Below are positions 1-8,948 of a DNA stretch of 64,000 nt, one piece after another (position 1 is the first letter of the stretch; each line of letters opens with the position of its first letter). The stretch is from an uncultured Gammaproteobacteria bacterium (GTDB lineage Bacteria; Patescibacteriota; Microgenomatia; Levybacterales; UBA12049): assembly GCA_964553245.1 (NCBI GenBank), contig CAZKJM010000001.1, positions 81,806 to 145,805 on the forward strand. Reading direction: 5' to 3'. A program made the translations under genes and the position numbers. Under the pieces are notes generated by a model. That model saw only the letters and a program-made list of their open reading frames with translations. It searched no databases and was not told where the DNA came from.

Positions 1-136
1 ATGCTTTGTCTTATCCGTAATTTGCCCCAATAATTCTCCAGAAGTTGAAATATTATTAGAAATGACAGTTTTTATTATTAAAAGAAGAAAGATCATTGAG
101 ATTAATGACGTTAATATTAAAATCTGTTTTTTCATA
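1..136 (-). CDS. partial gene (N-terminal ~45 aa; continues past window start): small single-TM protein, FtsL-like by position downstream of rsmH
   Basis: Reverse complement of 1-136 opens with ATG at 136-134 and encodes MKKQILILTSLISMIFLLLIIKTVISNNISTSGELLGQITDKTKH, which has one hydrophobic helix. The start abuts the rsmH stop, matching the canonical mraZ-rsmH-ftsL order. Not in the supplied ORF track because it runs off the window. Confidence 0.4.
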
Positions 137-1030
137 TTAATTTTTTTCAAATATTCTTAATTTTGCACTTTTACTCCTGGGATTCTCTTTTTGCTCTTTT
201 TCACTTGGTAAAATCGGTTTTTTCGTAATAATTATTCCCATATTTTCATCTTCGAATTTTCTAAACATATCCTTTACTATTTTGTCTTCCAGGGAATGAA
301 AACTTATTACTGCAATTCTCCCGTTTCTTTTTAAAATATTCATTGCCTGAGGCAATGCTTGCTCTATATTTTCCAACTCGTTATTTACTGCTATTCTTAA
401 TCCCTGAAATACTCTTTTAAATAACTCATTTTTCTTAAAATCTGCAATTTCTTCATCTCTTATCCCGTAGGCTTCTTTTATAACATCCCCTAAGTCCTTT
501 GTTGTTTCGATTTGTTTTACTCTACGGGTCCTAATAATAGTGTCAGAAATGGACCTAGCACGATGCTCCTGACCCAATTTATTAAATAATTCATAAAGTT
601 CTCCTTTCGTTAAAATATTAACAAGATCTCTTGCTTTTACACCCAAGGACCTATCCATTCTCATATCCAAAGGTCCCTGTTTTAAAAAACTAAATCCTCT
701 ATTAGGAGTATCTATTTGATGAGAAGATACTCCCAGATCAAATACTACTCCTCTTACCTCGGTAAATTCTTTTAAATGTGCTATTTCTTCTATGTCTTTA
801 AAATTACCTTTGTATGCTACAAAATTATTATTCCTCCCAATTTTTTTCGTTGCATAAAAGATCGCATCTTGATCTGTATCTATTCCTAATACAATTCCCC
901 CTCTTTTTAAAAATTCTTCTGTATGTCCCCCACCACCTAATGTCGCATCTATATATTTTTCACCCTTTTTAATTCGTAAATATTCTGTTATTTCGCTTAA
1001 AAGTACTGGTGTGTGATAATCAGTTTTCAT
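137..1030 (-). CDS. rsmH: 16S rRNA (cytosine1402-N4)-methyltransferase RsmH (MraW)
   Basis: N-terminal HTPVLL and GGGGHT motifs, ~297 aa, and position immediately downstream of mraZ. Confidence 0.9.
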   Translation of the reverse strand: MKTDYHTPVLLSEITEYLRIKKGEKYIDATLGGGGHTEEFLKRGGIVLGIDTDQDAIFYATKKIGRNNNFVAYKGNFKDIEEIAHLKEFTEVRGVVFDLGVSSHQIDTPNRGFSFLKQGPLDMRMDRSLGVKARDLVNILTKGELYELFNKLGQEHRARSISDTIIRTRRVKQIETTKDLGDVIKEAYGIRDEEIADFKKNELFKRVFQGLRIAVNNELENIEQALPQAMNILKRNGRIAVISFHSLEDKIVKDMFRKFEDENMGIIITKKPILPSEKEQKENPRSKSAKLRIFEKN

Positions 1031-1460
1031 TCTTATCTTTCTCGACTAACTTTTGCGAAATTTTATCTATATTCTTTTCAAGGTTCCCTCTATATTCTTC
1101 CCATCGTTTTTTATCCCAAATTTCCACATATCGCGATAAACCTATAAATACGACTGTGTCTTCAATTTTTCCAAAGTCTCGTAAATATGAAGGCAATACA
1201 AACCTTCCCTTGCTATCGAGCTCAACACTGCTTGCTCCTCCGAGCAGGAAACGCTGTGTTTCCCTTGCTTCTGATTGGATAAAAGGTTTTCCTTCTGTAC
1301 CTTCAAGTAAAGCTTTCCAGTTTTTTTCCGAGACGACAATAAGTGAGTTTTCATATCCAAGTGTTACTATTAATTTATCTCCCAAAAATTCTCTAAATTT
1401 TTTAGGAAATGCAATTCTGTTTTTAATATCAATCTTTCCTTCATATTGACCTATTAGCAT
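1020..1460 (-). CDS. mraZ: transcriptional regulator MraZ
   Basis: 146 aa with duplicated MraZ-type halves (KGRFVLP..., DxKGRxxxP pattern). It is the first gene of the dcw cluster, and its 3' end overlaps the rsmH start by 11 nt. Confidence 0.85.
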   Translation of the reverse strand: MLIGQYEGKIDIKNRIAFPKKFREFLGDKLIVTLGYENSLIVVSEKNWKALLEGTEGKPFIQSEARETQRFLLGGASSVELDSKGRFVLPSYLRDFGKIEDTVVFIGLSRYVEIWDKKRWEEYRGNLEKNIDKISQKLVEKDKNEN

Positions 1461-1498
1461 ACTTTTTACCCAGTTATCCGGGTCCTGCCTTTCGTTAT

Positions 1499-1526
1499 CC
1501 CACTTTTTCCCACTTTAGACCACTTT
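1499..1526 (-). promoter_or_regulatory. MraZ operator: three direct repeats (plus strand CCCACTTT / CCCACTTT / ACCACTTT; minus strand AAAGTGGG-type) at 10-bp periodicity
   Basis: Repeats lie at 1499-1506, 1509-1516 and 1519-1526, about 40-65 nt upstream of the mraZ start codon. Three GTGGG-like direct repeats with 10-nt spacing are the known architecture of MraZ autoregulatory sites. Confidence 0.6.
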
Positions 1527-1531
1527 ATTAC

Positions 1532-1560
1532 ATTTTGAACCGTTTACTAAATATTGTCAA
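1532..1560 (-). promoter_or_regulatory. candidate sigma70-type promoter for mraZ (minus-strand TTGACA -35 at 1560-1555; weak -10 CAAAAT about 17 nt downstream at 1537-1532)
   Basis: A perfect TTGACA hexamer on the minus strand sits immediately upstream of the MraZ boxes. The -10 is a poor match. Confidence 0.35.
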
Positions 1561-1625
1561 GAGGAAAGTAAATAAAATATGGGATAAATTATCCAAAAAC
1601 ACTACTTGTAGAATTTAATAATGTT

Positions 1626-2123
1626 TTATTCTTCCAAACTGAGGGTTTTTTCCAATTGATATGTTTTTCCGTCTTTTTTAACTACTTTTAATACTAATTT
1701 AACCGATGTTACCCCTTCGTCGTAATGACAAACATCAGAACACGTTCCAAGAGTTATCTCTTTTTTTGCTGGATCAAGTTTAAGATCAAGTTGACCAAAT
1801 GCTCCTCTTTCTATACCATCTTTGTCCAAATAAGAAAGAGTATATTCAACTAATGTTAAGTCTTCTACTTTGGAGATTTCCAATATTACCGTTTTTCCCG
1901 CTTTTCCCGATGTGAATTCTAAACCAAGCTCCTCGGGCATTATTGTCGGAATTACCTCAATAATTTCTTCACTAGGTTTAATCTCTGCTTTCCTTGAATT
2001 ATTACCAATAAAAACATATAAAACAACTCCGATAATTATTAAAAATACCGCGACGATTGCAATTATTAGGTTTTTATTTTCTTTCATGTTTTTATGATAA
2101 ATAAAAAAATTGTTTTCTGTCAA
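1626..2123 (-). CDS. hypothetical membrane-anchored protein (N-terminal TM helix, soluble C-terminal domain)
   Basis: ORF of 165 aa with a hydrophobic stretch LIIAIVAVFLIIIGVVLYVFIG. No recognizable catalytic motif. Confidence 0.45.
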   Translation of the reverse strand: MTENNFFIYHKNMKENKNLIIAIVAVFLIIIGVVLYVFIGNNSRKAEIKPSEEIIEVIPTIMPEELGLEFTSGKAGKTVILEISKVEDLTLVEYTLSYLDKDGIERGAFGQLDLKLDPAKKEITLGTCSDVCHYDEGVTSVKLVLKVVKKDGKTYQLEKTLSLEE

Positions 2124-2132
2124 TAGCCTAAA

Positions 2133-3518
2133 TTAACCACAAATTTTTTTATTTATTTTTTCTACTAATTCTGTTATTTTTATGCGTTCTTGTTTTGCAG
2201 TATCCCTATCTCTTACAGTAACTGTATTATTTTCAAGTGTTTCAAAATCTATTGTTATACAATATGGAGTACCAATTTCGTCTTGAGAGAAATATCTTTT
2301 TCCAATATTCCCCCTATCATCAAATATGACTAAACCATTAATCTCTTTTTTAAGTTTTTCGTACACTTCTTTTGCTTTTGATACCAATTCCGGTTTATTC
2401 TTAAGAAGCGGGAAAACCGCTGTTTTTACAGGAGCTATTTTTGGATCAAGAGCTAAATAAATTCGTTTTTCACCCTTTAATTCTTCTTCTTTATAAGAAT
2501 CAAACAAAACTATTCCTGTTAATCTTGATAAACCAAATGTCGGCTCTATAACATGAGGTATGTATTTTTCTTTCGTCTCCAAATCCTGGTAGGATAAATC
2601 TTTTCCTGAGTTTTTTGAATGATTGTTTAAGTCAAAATCAGTTCTGTAGGCAAGCCCGAACATTTCCTTCCAACCAAAAGGATAATTATATTCAATATCC
2701 ATTGTCTTTTTCGAGTAATGGGATCTTTCAAACTCCTCATGTTCTCTCCATCGAAGTTTTTTCTCTTCTAAGCCGATTTTTAGAGCAAAGCTCCACATTT
2801 CTTTCTGCCAATATTTAAAAACTTTTTCCCATTCTTCAGGTTTTATAAAATATTCAAATTCCATTAAATCAAATTCCAATGTTCTATGAATAAATTGACC
2901 CATTGTAATTTCATTCCTAAACGCCTTACCGATTTGAGCAATTCCAAAAGGAATTTTTATTCTCATTGTATCCAGAACATTTTTAAAGTTAAGAAATATC
3001 CCTTGAGCAATTTCTCCTCTTAAATAAGCTTTTGATTTGCTTTCTTCTATTATTCCAATCTCTGTTTCAAAAAGAAGATTAAATCTTCTTGCTTCTGTAA
3101 AATTTACTTCCTTACATTTTGGACACTTTAATTTTTTCTCTTTAATAATTTTAGTAAGTTCATCAACAGGAAGTCCTTCTACCTTAATATCAGAAACATT
3201 ATCTTCAATTAAGTGATCTGCTCTTGTTCTGTATTTGCAATTTTTACAGTCAACTAATGCATCCGTGAAGTTTTTAACATGTCCTGATGCTTCCCAAACT
3301 TTAGCATTTAGAAATATTGAAGCATCTATGCCAACCATATCATCCCTATCTAAAACAAATTTTTTCCACCATAAATCTCTTAGATTGTTTTTTAGTAATG
3401 TTCCATAATACCCATAATCCCAGGCATTTGCCATTCCTCCGTATATTTCGGAAGACGGATAGACAAAGCCTCTTCGCTTACAAAGCGCTGTAACTTTTTC
3501 AATCAAGCTATTTTCCAT
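2133..3518 (-). CDS. glyQS: glycine--tRNA ligase (class II, alpha2 GlyQS type)
   Basis: 461 aa. N-terminal ...RRGFVYPSSEIYGGMANAWDYG... is the GlyRS signature, and a C-terminal anticodon-binding-domain-like region is present. Confidence 0.88.
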   Translation of the reverse strand: MENSLIEKVTALCKRRGFVYPSSEIYGGMANAWDYGYYGTLLKNNLRDLWWKKFVLDRDDMVGIDASIFLNAKVWEASGHVKNFTDALVDCKNCKYRTRADHLIEDNVSDIKVEGLPVDELTKIIKEKKLKCPKCKEVNFTEARRFNLLFETEIGIIEESKSKAYLRGEIAQGIFLNFKNVLDTMRIKIPFGIAQIGKAFRNEITMGQFIHRTLEFDLMEFEYFIKPEEWEKVFKYWQKEMWSFALKIGLEEKKLRWREHEEFERSHYSKKTMDIEYNYPFGWKEMFGLAYRTDFDLNNHSKNSGKDLSYQDLETKEKYIPHVIEPTFGLSRLTGIVLFDSYKEEELKGEKRIYLALDPKIAPVKTAVFPLLKNKPELVSKAKEVYEKLKKEINGLVIFDDRGNIGKRYFSQDEIGTPYCITIDFETLENNTVTVRDRDTAKQERIKITELVEKINKKICG

Positions 3519-3554
3519 AAGCTAATAATAGCAGAAAAACCGGTATTTAAAAAG

Positions 3555-4094
3555 TTAGCTAAAATGAGGCATAATTTGTCTTGCTTTAAGTTTCTTTTCT
3601 AAAAGATATTCAATAATTTGTGATGGATTATCAACTTTCCCATCCAAAAGGTTATAAAATCCTAATATTGACAATAGCTTGATCTCAAAATTTTTAATGA
3701 GGTCTTCTGTTTCTTCACTTACTGATACTTTCTCAAGAATGTTCCTAAGCAGTTCAAAAACTTGCTCATTTTCCTGATTTTCAGGACACAAAGAATCAAT
3801 TAATTCACAAATATGATATGCTACGCCTATCTTTTTTAATTCTTTTTTTATATCTTTAAAATTATTTACTGTTTCTACCTCTGTTAAAAGCGGCAGGCTT
3901 TTCCCTTTATAAATGGTCACTTGAGAATAATTCAAAAGCTCTATATGCGACGATCTCCTGCTTACAATTCTTCTTACACCAATTGCTTTTATTTGAATTT
4001 TCCCAAATTTTTTTGTAAATACCGTTAAAATTCTATCAGCTTCGCCAAAATTTTTTCTTTTAATAATTATTCCTTCTGTTTTGTATGATCGCAT
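3555..4094 (-). CDS. recO: DNA repair protein RecO (short form, N-terminal OB-fold domain plus helical region; no C-terminal zinc-finger region)
   Basis: N-terminus EGIIIKRKNFGEADRILTVFTKKFGKIQIKAIGVRR matches the RecO N-terminal pattern (EGIVL..R.YGE.D.IL.LLT...GK....AKG.R). It is only 179 aa. Confidence 0.6.
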   Translation of the reverse strand: MRSYKTEGIIIKRKNFGEADRILTVFTKKFGKIQIKAIGVRRIVSRRSSHIELLNYSQVTIYKGKSLPLLTEVETVNNFKDIKKELKKIGVAYHICELIDSLCPENQENEQVFELLRNILEKVSVSEETEDLIKNFEIKLLSILGFYNLLDGKVDNPSQIIEYLLEKKLKARQIMPHFS

Positions 4095-4106
4095 ATTCTT
4101 GAGGAG

Positions 4107-6056
4107 TTACGGCTTAAGTTCAAATTTTTTGTCTGTATTTAATATAAACTTTTCTATCTCTTTACCGTTAACATTAAGCTTGTATTCAAAATCCCCTGTT
4201 CCAGGTTGCTTCTGAATCATTACAGGCAAGGTTGATCCTTTCTCCAGTTTAAAAGGTAATTTATATGTGAGAGTAATTTTTGCAACGCCCTGAGGTCTTA
4301 CTGTCATAAAACCTTCAAAAACAGTTTTTCCAAGTTCTTCGTAGGTTTTCATTTTTACCTCTGAGCCTTTACTATCAACCAACTTACTACCCTTAGGAAC
4401 ATAAACCCTAAACCAATTTCTTAATATTGCATTTAAGCATAAGTTTCCTCTTTCTAAGTTACAATCAGACGGAGCGTATGGATTTTTATAGTCGATGGTT
4501 ACTGTTTTTGTTATTGATCCATCAGATTTTACTTGATATTCCTGATTTATGTTTTCCGAAACGTACATATTTGATTTTGCCCCGCCGAAATTCGCTTCGT
4601 TTAAATGAAAATAATCTCCGTCAAAAGCTAATATCCTACCAGAAGCATTTAAACTCTCTAGGCCTTTTTGTGCTTCCTTATCATACATGTAAAACAACAC
4701 GTGTTTTTCTGCTGTTTGAGCAAGAAAAGTCTGGAAAAGCGGTCCCCAATACAGCTTAGGAGAAGACGAAAAAGCCTTATTCATAATTGCATACATTAAG
4801 TCTCCAATAATTCCTTTCCTGTTAGTTTTTTCATAATTTACGGGTCGATCTGCATACTCTTCCAAGGCATATATTACCTGAGGACAATTACATCTTGGGT
4901 CAATTTTTGTTGTAAAAGTCATACCCCCTGCATTAATTTCTCCAAGTATTTCCATAGTAGCAACCAACATATTTGTATCAATGGTTATTATTCCATCAAC
5001 ATCCGGACCTGATGATTTTTCGTAAAGTTTATTAAATTCCTTCATTGACTCAATAAAGTCAGGGGATAAATTAGTATCTCTTAAATTAAAAAGGGGTACT
5101 TTTGGCATATAGGTGCGAAGCGGTTCAGGTGCGCTTTTTTTACCGGAAATTTTATCGTCCAATTCATAAATATCACTTGAGCCTTCTGCATAAATCATTC
5201 CTTGTTCTACTCTAAAAACTGCATAAGCAGTCATAAAACCACCAGTTGGTCTTAGCTCCTTATCGTTTTGGAAAATAACTAAATACCTTTTTTGTTTTGG
5301 CTCTCCCAATAAACTCGGCAATACTTTTATAAGTGGAGTGGCATCGCTTATAAAGGTCACTCCATTATCTGTTAGGTTTTTAAAACTATCTAAACTTTTT
5401 CTGATTTTATCCCCGCCTAAAAAAGACGGATAACGATTCACGTCAACTTTATCAACTTCCTTTTTAACCAACTCAAGCTTTTCCACAACTTCGTCTATTT
5501 TCGGAGTCACTTTTCCCATTGTTTTTACTGCTGTTTGGATACGTTGTTCCGCCGATCCCATTACAAAACTACCTTGTCCTTTTAAGCCTAATACGTCCGC
5601 GTAGGGCTTAACTGCGTCTACCAAAATAGTAGCAGCGTCTAAACCATAAGAAGCTGCATTTGCAAGATGCTTTGCGTCCGAATAATACCAATTTGCAATC
5701 GGAACAAATTGAAGATAACCCATTGATTCTAAGTCTTTTTGAGTCTTGCTAAGCTCAGCCTTCGTTTTAATTAATTCTTCTCCACCCAGTTGAACATTTT
5801 GTTTTTTTAAAGCATCAATCGCTATTTTTGCTTGAGTGTAGGTCTTCTTTGTAGAGTCTAAGGTTTTTTTTGCAGGCAAAACTATTGTGAATACAGATAT
5901 TACGAGTAAGAAAAGAAAAGTTCCCAGTAAAATAAACAAATTTTTTTTACTAATTCTTTTTCTTTTCATCTTCTGTCTTAAAACCGAGGTATTGTTATTT
6001 GTAACATTACGTTCTTTAATATTTGTAGCAAAATCTATTTTATTAAAACCATCCAT
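4107..6056 (-). CDS. exported/membrane-anchored protein of unknown function, DUF4012-like (KRYLVIFQNDKELRPTGGF motif)
   Basis: 649 aa, with a basic N-terminus followed by one TM helix and then a large soluble domain. The LRPTGGF-containing block resembles DUF4012 proteins that flank polysaccharide loci. Family assignment is from memory and has not been searched. Confidence 0.45.
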   Translation of the reverse strand: MDGFNKIDFATNIKERNVTNNNTSVLRQKMKRKRISKKNLFILLGTFLFLLVISVFTIVLPAKKTLDSTKKTYTQAKIAIDALKKQNVQLGGEELIKTKAELSKTQKDLESMGYLQFVPIANWYYSDAKHLANAASYGLDAATILVDAVKPYADVLGLKGQGSFVMGSAEQRIQTAVKTMGKVTPKIDEVVEKLELVKKEVDKVDVNRYPSFLGGDKIRKSLDSFKNLTDNGVTFISDATPLIKVLPSLLGEPKQKRYLVIFQNDKELRPTGGFMTAYAVFRVEQGMIYAEGSSDIYELDDKISGKKSAPEPLRTYMPKVPLFNLRDTNLSPDFIESMKEFNKLYEKSSGPDVDGIITIDTNMLVATMEILGEINAGGMTFTTKIDPRCNCPQVIYALEEYADRPVNYEKTNRKGIIGDLMYAIMNKAFSSSPKLYWGPLFQTFLAQTAEKHVLFYMYDKEAQKGLESLNASGRILAFDGDYFHLNEANFGGAKSNMYVSENINQEYQVKSDGSITKTVTIDYKNPYAPSDCNLERGNLCLNAILRNWFRVYVPKGSKLVDSKGSEVKMKTYEELGKTVFEGFMTVRPQGVAKITLTYKLPFKLEKGSTLPVMIQKQPGTGDFEYKLNVNGKEIEKFILNTDKKFELKP

Positions 6057-6098
6057 AGCTTAAATAATATCTTAAAATAAAAGGTATTGCAAATATTT

Positions 6099-6764
6099 CT
6101 ACAGGGCTCCTTTTCCGGAAATCATTGCCCAAGGAGTTTTAAAAACAATTAAAAAGTCGTAAAAAACTGATCTTTTCTTAACATAATCTGCATCCATTTC
6201 TATACGCTTATCAAAATTAATTTCACTTCTGCCTGAAACTTGCCAATATCCTGTTAACCCAGGTTTTATTGAAAGCACAATTTTTACTGCATCCTTAGTG
6301 TTTGGGTATTTTTTTTGCTGTTCTCTTAGTTCATCCGGATAATATGCTCTTGGACCAACTAAGCTCATATCTCCTTTTAAAATATTGATAAATTGCGGGA
6401 CTTCATCAAGAGAGTGTTTCCTTATAAAATGTCCTACCTTTGTTATTCTTGGATCATCTTTTAATTTGTAACTTCCTCTTCTGTATTGTTCATAATATTT
6501 TGCAAACTTCGGATTATTTCTTAAAATATCGTGCGCGTTAATAATCATCGATCGAAATTTATACATTTTAAATGTTTTTCCGTTTTTACCAACTCTTGGA
6601 GGCGTATCTGCCATAATTGGACCCTTGGAATCAATTAATATTGCTAAAGAAACAATTAATATGATTGGTGAAAAAAATATCAAAAGAGTTGAAGAAAATA
6701 ATACATCCATTAATCTTTTAATAATTTCGTAAAACGTACTTTTTTTTATTTCTTTATATGGCAT
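6099..6764 (-). CDS. polyprenyl-phosphate hexose-1-phosphate transferase (bacterial sugar transferase family, WbaP/WcaJ C-domain-like initiating enzyme)
   Basis: 221 aa with one N-terminal TM helix. Conserved KFRSM...DE(V/L)PQ...GDMSLVGPR motifs of the PGPT family are present. Confidence 0.85.
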   Translation of the reverse strand: MPYKEIKKSTFYEIIKRLMDVLFSSTLLIFFSPIILIVSLAILIDSKGPIMADTPPRVGKNGKTFKMYKFRSMIINAHDILRNNPKFAKYYEQYRRGSYKLKDDPRITKVGHFIRKHSLDEVPQFINILKGDMSLVGPRAYYPDELREQQKKYPNTKDAVKIVLSIKPGLTGYWQVSGRSEINFDKRIEMDADYVKKRSVFYDFLIVFKTPWAMISGKGAL

Positions 6765-6765
6765 A

Positions 6766-7848
6766 TTACGAAAGCTTCTCGTTTGTTGTTCCGTTTAAAC
6801 TCTCTACTAATTTTTTTACTTTAGGGACTGATTTTTTTGGACAAACTAAAATTACATCATCTGTGTTAACCACGAGCATTTGATCAAGATCAATGCCAAC
6901 CACCATTTGATTTGTGTAGTTAAAAATTAAGCTATCCTTACTATCCTCAACCATTACTTTACCTTTAGTAAGGTTATCTTCTTCTTTATCAACCAATGCT
7001 TCTTTTAAAGATTCCCACGCTCCAATATCACTCCATCCCAAATCGCAGCCAATTACATAACCGTCTTTAGGATCAATTTTTTCCAAAATCAAATTATCAA
7101 AAGAGTTTTTTTCAAAATTGGGATAAACCTTATTTAACTCCTGCTGAAAATTATCTTGACCCCAGTATTTTTGAATCTTTAATAATTCTTCGTACATTTC
7201 AGGAGCAAATTTTTTGTATAAAGAAAAAAGGAATTCTGCTGTAGTCCCAAAATATCCGGGATTCCAATAATGCAATTTGCTCTTATGAAAATCTTCTGCT
7301 GTTTTAATATCCGGTCTATAGTGAAAACTTTTAAATCCAAAAACCGAAAGACCATTGGCTTCTTTTACTTTATTACCTTGCTCAATCCAACCTAAATTCT
7401 GACTTGCAAATCTTGAGTCTTGAGCCATAAAAACTATTTTATTATTATCTTTTTTTAAAAGATCGTTTCCTGTAAGGATTACTTTTCTAAATACTTCCTC
7501 ATTTTTTACGAGATGATCGCTCCAGAGAATAAAAAACGGTTCGTTAGGGGAAATTTTTTGAAGCACTGCTGTTACAAGCCCAACAGCTGCACCAACATCA
7601 CGCATTTCAGGTTCGAAAATAAAATTCTGTTCAGGGATATCAGGTAATTGTGAAATTATTAACTCTTTGTATCTTATTCCAGATGAAATAAAGATATCTG
7701 ACGGTTTAAATATCGGATAAACCCTATCGTAGGCAAGTTGCAAAGTTGATTTATCTCCGACAATTTTTTCAAATTGTTTCGGTGTGTTTTTTCTTGATAA
7801 AGGCCAAAGTCTTGTACCAACTCCTCCTGCAAATATTACTACCTTCAT
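6766..7848 (-). CDS. mannose-1-phosphate guanylyltransferase-type sugar-1-phosphate nucleotidyltransferase
   Basis: N-terminal MKVVIFAGGVGTRLWPLSRKNTPKQF (GGxGTRLWPLSR) is typical of ManC/GMP family nucleotidyltransferases. 360 aa. Confidence 0.75.
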   Translation of the reverse strand: MKVVIFAGGVGTRLWPLSRKNTPKQFEKIVGDKSTLQLAYDRVYPIFKPSDIFISSGIRYKELIISQLPDIPEQNFIFEPEMRDVGAAVGLVTAVLQKISPNEPFFILWSDHLVKNEEVFRKVILTGNDLLKKDNNKIVFMAQDSRFASQNLGWIEQGNKVKEANGLSVFGFKSFHYRPDIKTAEDFHKSKLHYWNPGYFGTTAEFLFSLYKKFAPEMYEELLKIQKYWGQDNFQQELNKVYPNFEKNSFDNLILEKIDPKDGYVIGCDLGWSDIGAWESLKEALVDKEEDNLTKGKVMVEDSKDSLIFNYTNQMVVGIDLDQMLVVNTDDVILVCPKKSVPKVKKLVESLNGTTNEKLS

Positions 7849-8948
7849 AATTTTTTAAAATGTCTTATTAATTCCTTTTCTATTAACCTACCTAATTTCT
7901 TTTCAAAATTACCTTCAGAAAACTTTTTAGCGCTAAGCTGTAATAATTTAGTATTATATCTTTTATTATTTACATTTTCCAATACTTTTTTTAAAGAAAA
8001 AGCTGATTGTTCTTTAAAAAATTCTCCCGTTATTCCTTCTTTAATTATATCCAGTGCTCCACCGCCTTTGTATGCAATAACGGGTTTTCCAAAGCTCTGT
8101 GCTTCGGTCATCACTAATCCAAAATCTTCAATTCCGGGAAAAATCAATGCTTTACAATTTTTATAATAAAACGAAAGCTCATCGTCCGTCAATCTGCCCA
8201 AGAATTCAATGTTAGGACCTGCTATTTTTTTAAGATTATTTTCTTCCGAACCTATTCCAACAATTTTTAGAGGGAATTTTAAATAATTAAAAGCCTTGAT
8301 TGCAACATCAATTTTTTTATAACGAACAAGTCTTGAAACAATTAAATAAAAATCCTTGTCTTTTCTAAAAACAGCTTTATTTTTTGTTTTTTTCTTAATC
8401 AAAGTCATCGGAGGATGTATTAAAGATGAATCACGATCATAATATTTCTTAATTCTTTCTTTAACTTCTCTTGAAATTGAAACAAAAGTATCGGGTCTTT
8501 TTGAGGCTATTTTATCCCATCTTCTTAAATAAGAAACAACAGGCTTAGATAAATTTTTAAGCAATGAATTCTTAAAATAGTCTTCATAACCACTCCAAAG
8601 ATATCTAGTCGGTGTTAAGCAATAACAAATATGTAAAGTTTTATCTTTTGTAATAATCCCCTTAGCTGCTTCGCTTGTTACTGATATTACTAAGTCATAA
8701 TCATCAAATCCAAAATTTTCAAAAGCGATTGGCATTAGCGGAGCTAGAATCTCATGTGAGGTTTTTGCATTGGGTATTTTTTGTAAAAAAGACGTTTTTA
8801 CATCAAATTCTTCTGCCCATAAAGCAGTTTTCCTATTATAAACAGATGTGAAAATCGGTGCTTTTGGAAAAATCTTGTGAAGGGAGAGAAGTACTCTTTC
8901 TGCACCTCCCCATTTATTTATTCTGTCGTAAACTAAAGCAACTTTCAT
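7845..8948 (-). CDS. glycosyltransferase family 4 (GT-B, GT1-type C-domain)
   Basis: Motif EDFGLVMTEAQSFGKPVIA (E-x7-E region). 367 aa. Confidence 0.8.
   Translation of the reverse strand: MKVALVYDRINKWGGAERVLLSLHKIFPKAPIFTSVYNRKTALWAEEFDVKTSFLQKIPNAKTSHEILAPLMPIAFENFGFDDYDLVISVTSEAAKGIITKDKTLHICYCLTPTRYLWSGYEDYFKNSLLKNLSKPVVSYLRRWDKIASKRPDTFVSISREVKERIKKYYDRDSSLIHPPMTLIKKKTKNKAVFRKDKDFYLIVSRLVRYKKIDVAIKAFNYLKFPLKIVGIGSEENNLKKIAGPNIEFLGRLTDDELSFYYKNCKALIFPGIEDFGLVMTEAQSFGKPVIAYKGGGALDIIKEGITGEFFKEQSAFSLKKVLENVNNKRYNTKLLQLSAKKFSEGNFEKKLGRLIEKELIRHFKKL

Noticed and set aside
1009-1449. 146-aa plus-strand ORF and 72-aa minus-strand ORF (1142..1360) overlapping mraZ
   Set aside because: They lie entirely inside or antisense to the well-supported mraZ gene. 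They are low-complexity translations of an AT-rich antisense strand and have no motif. They are spurious.
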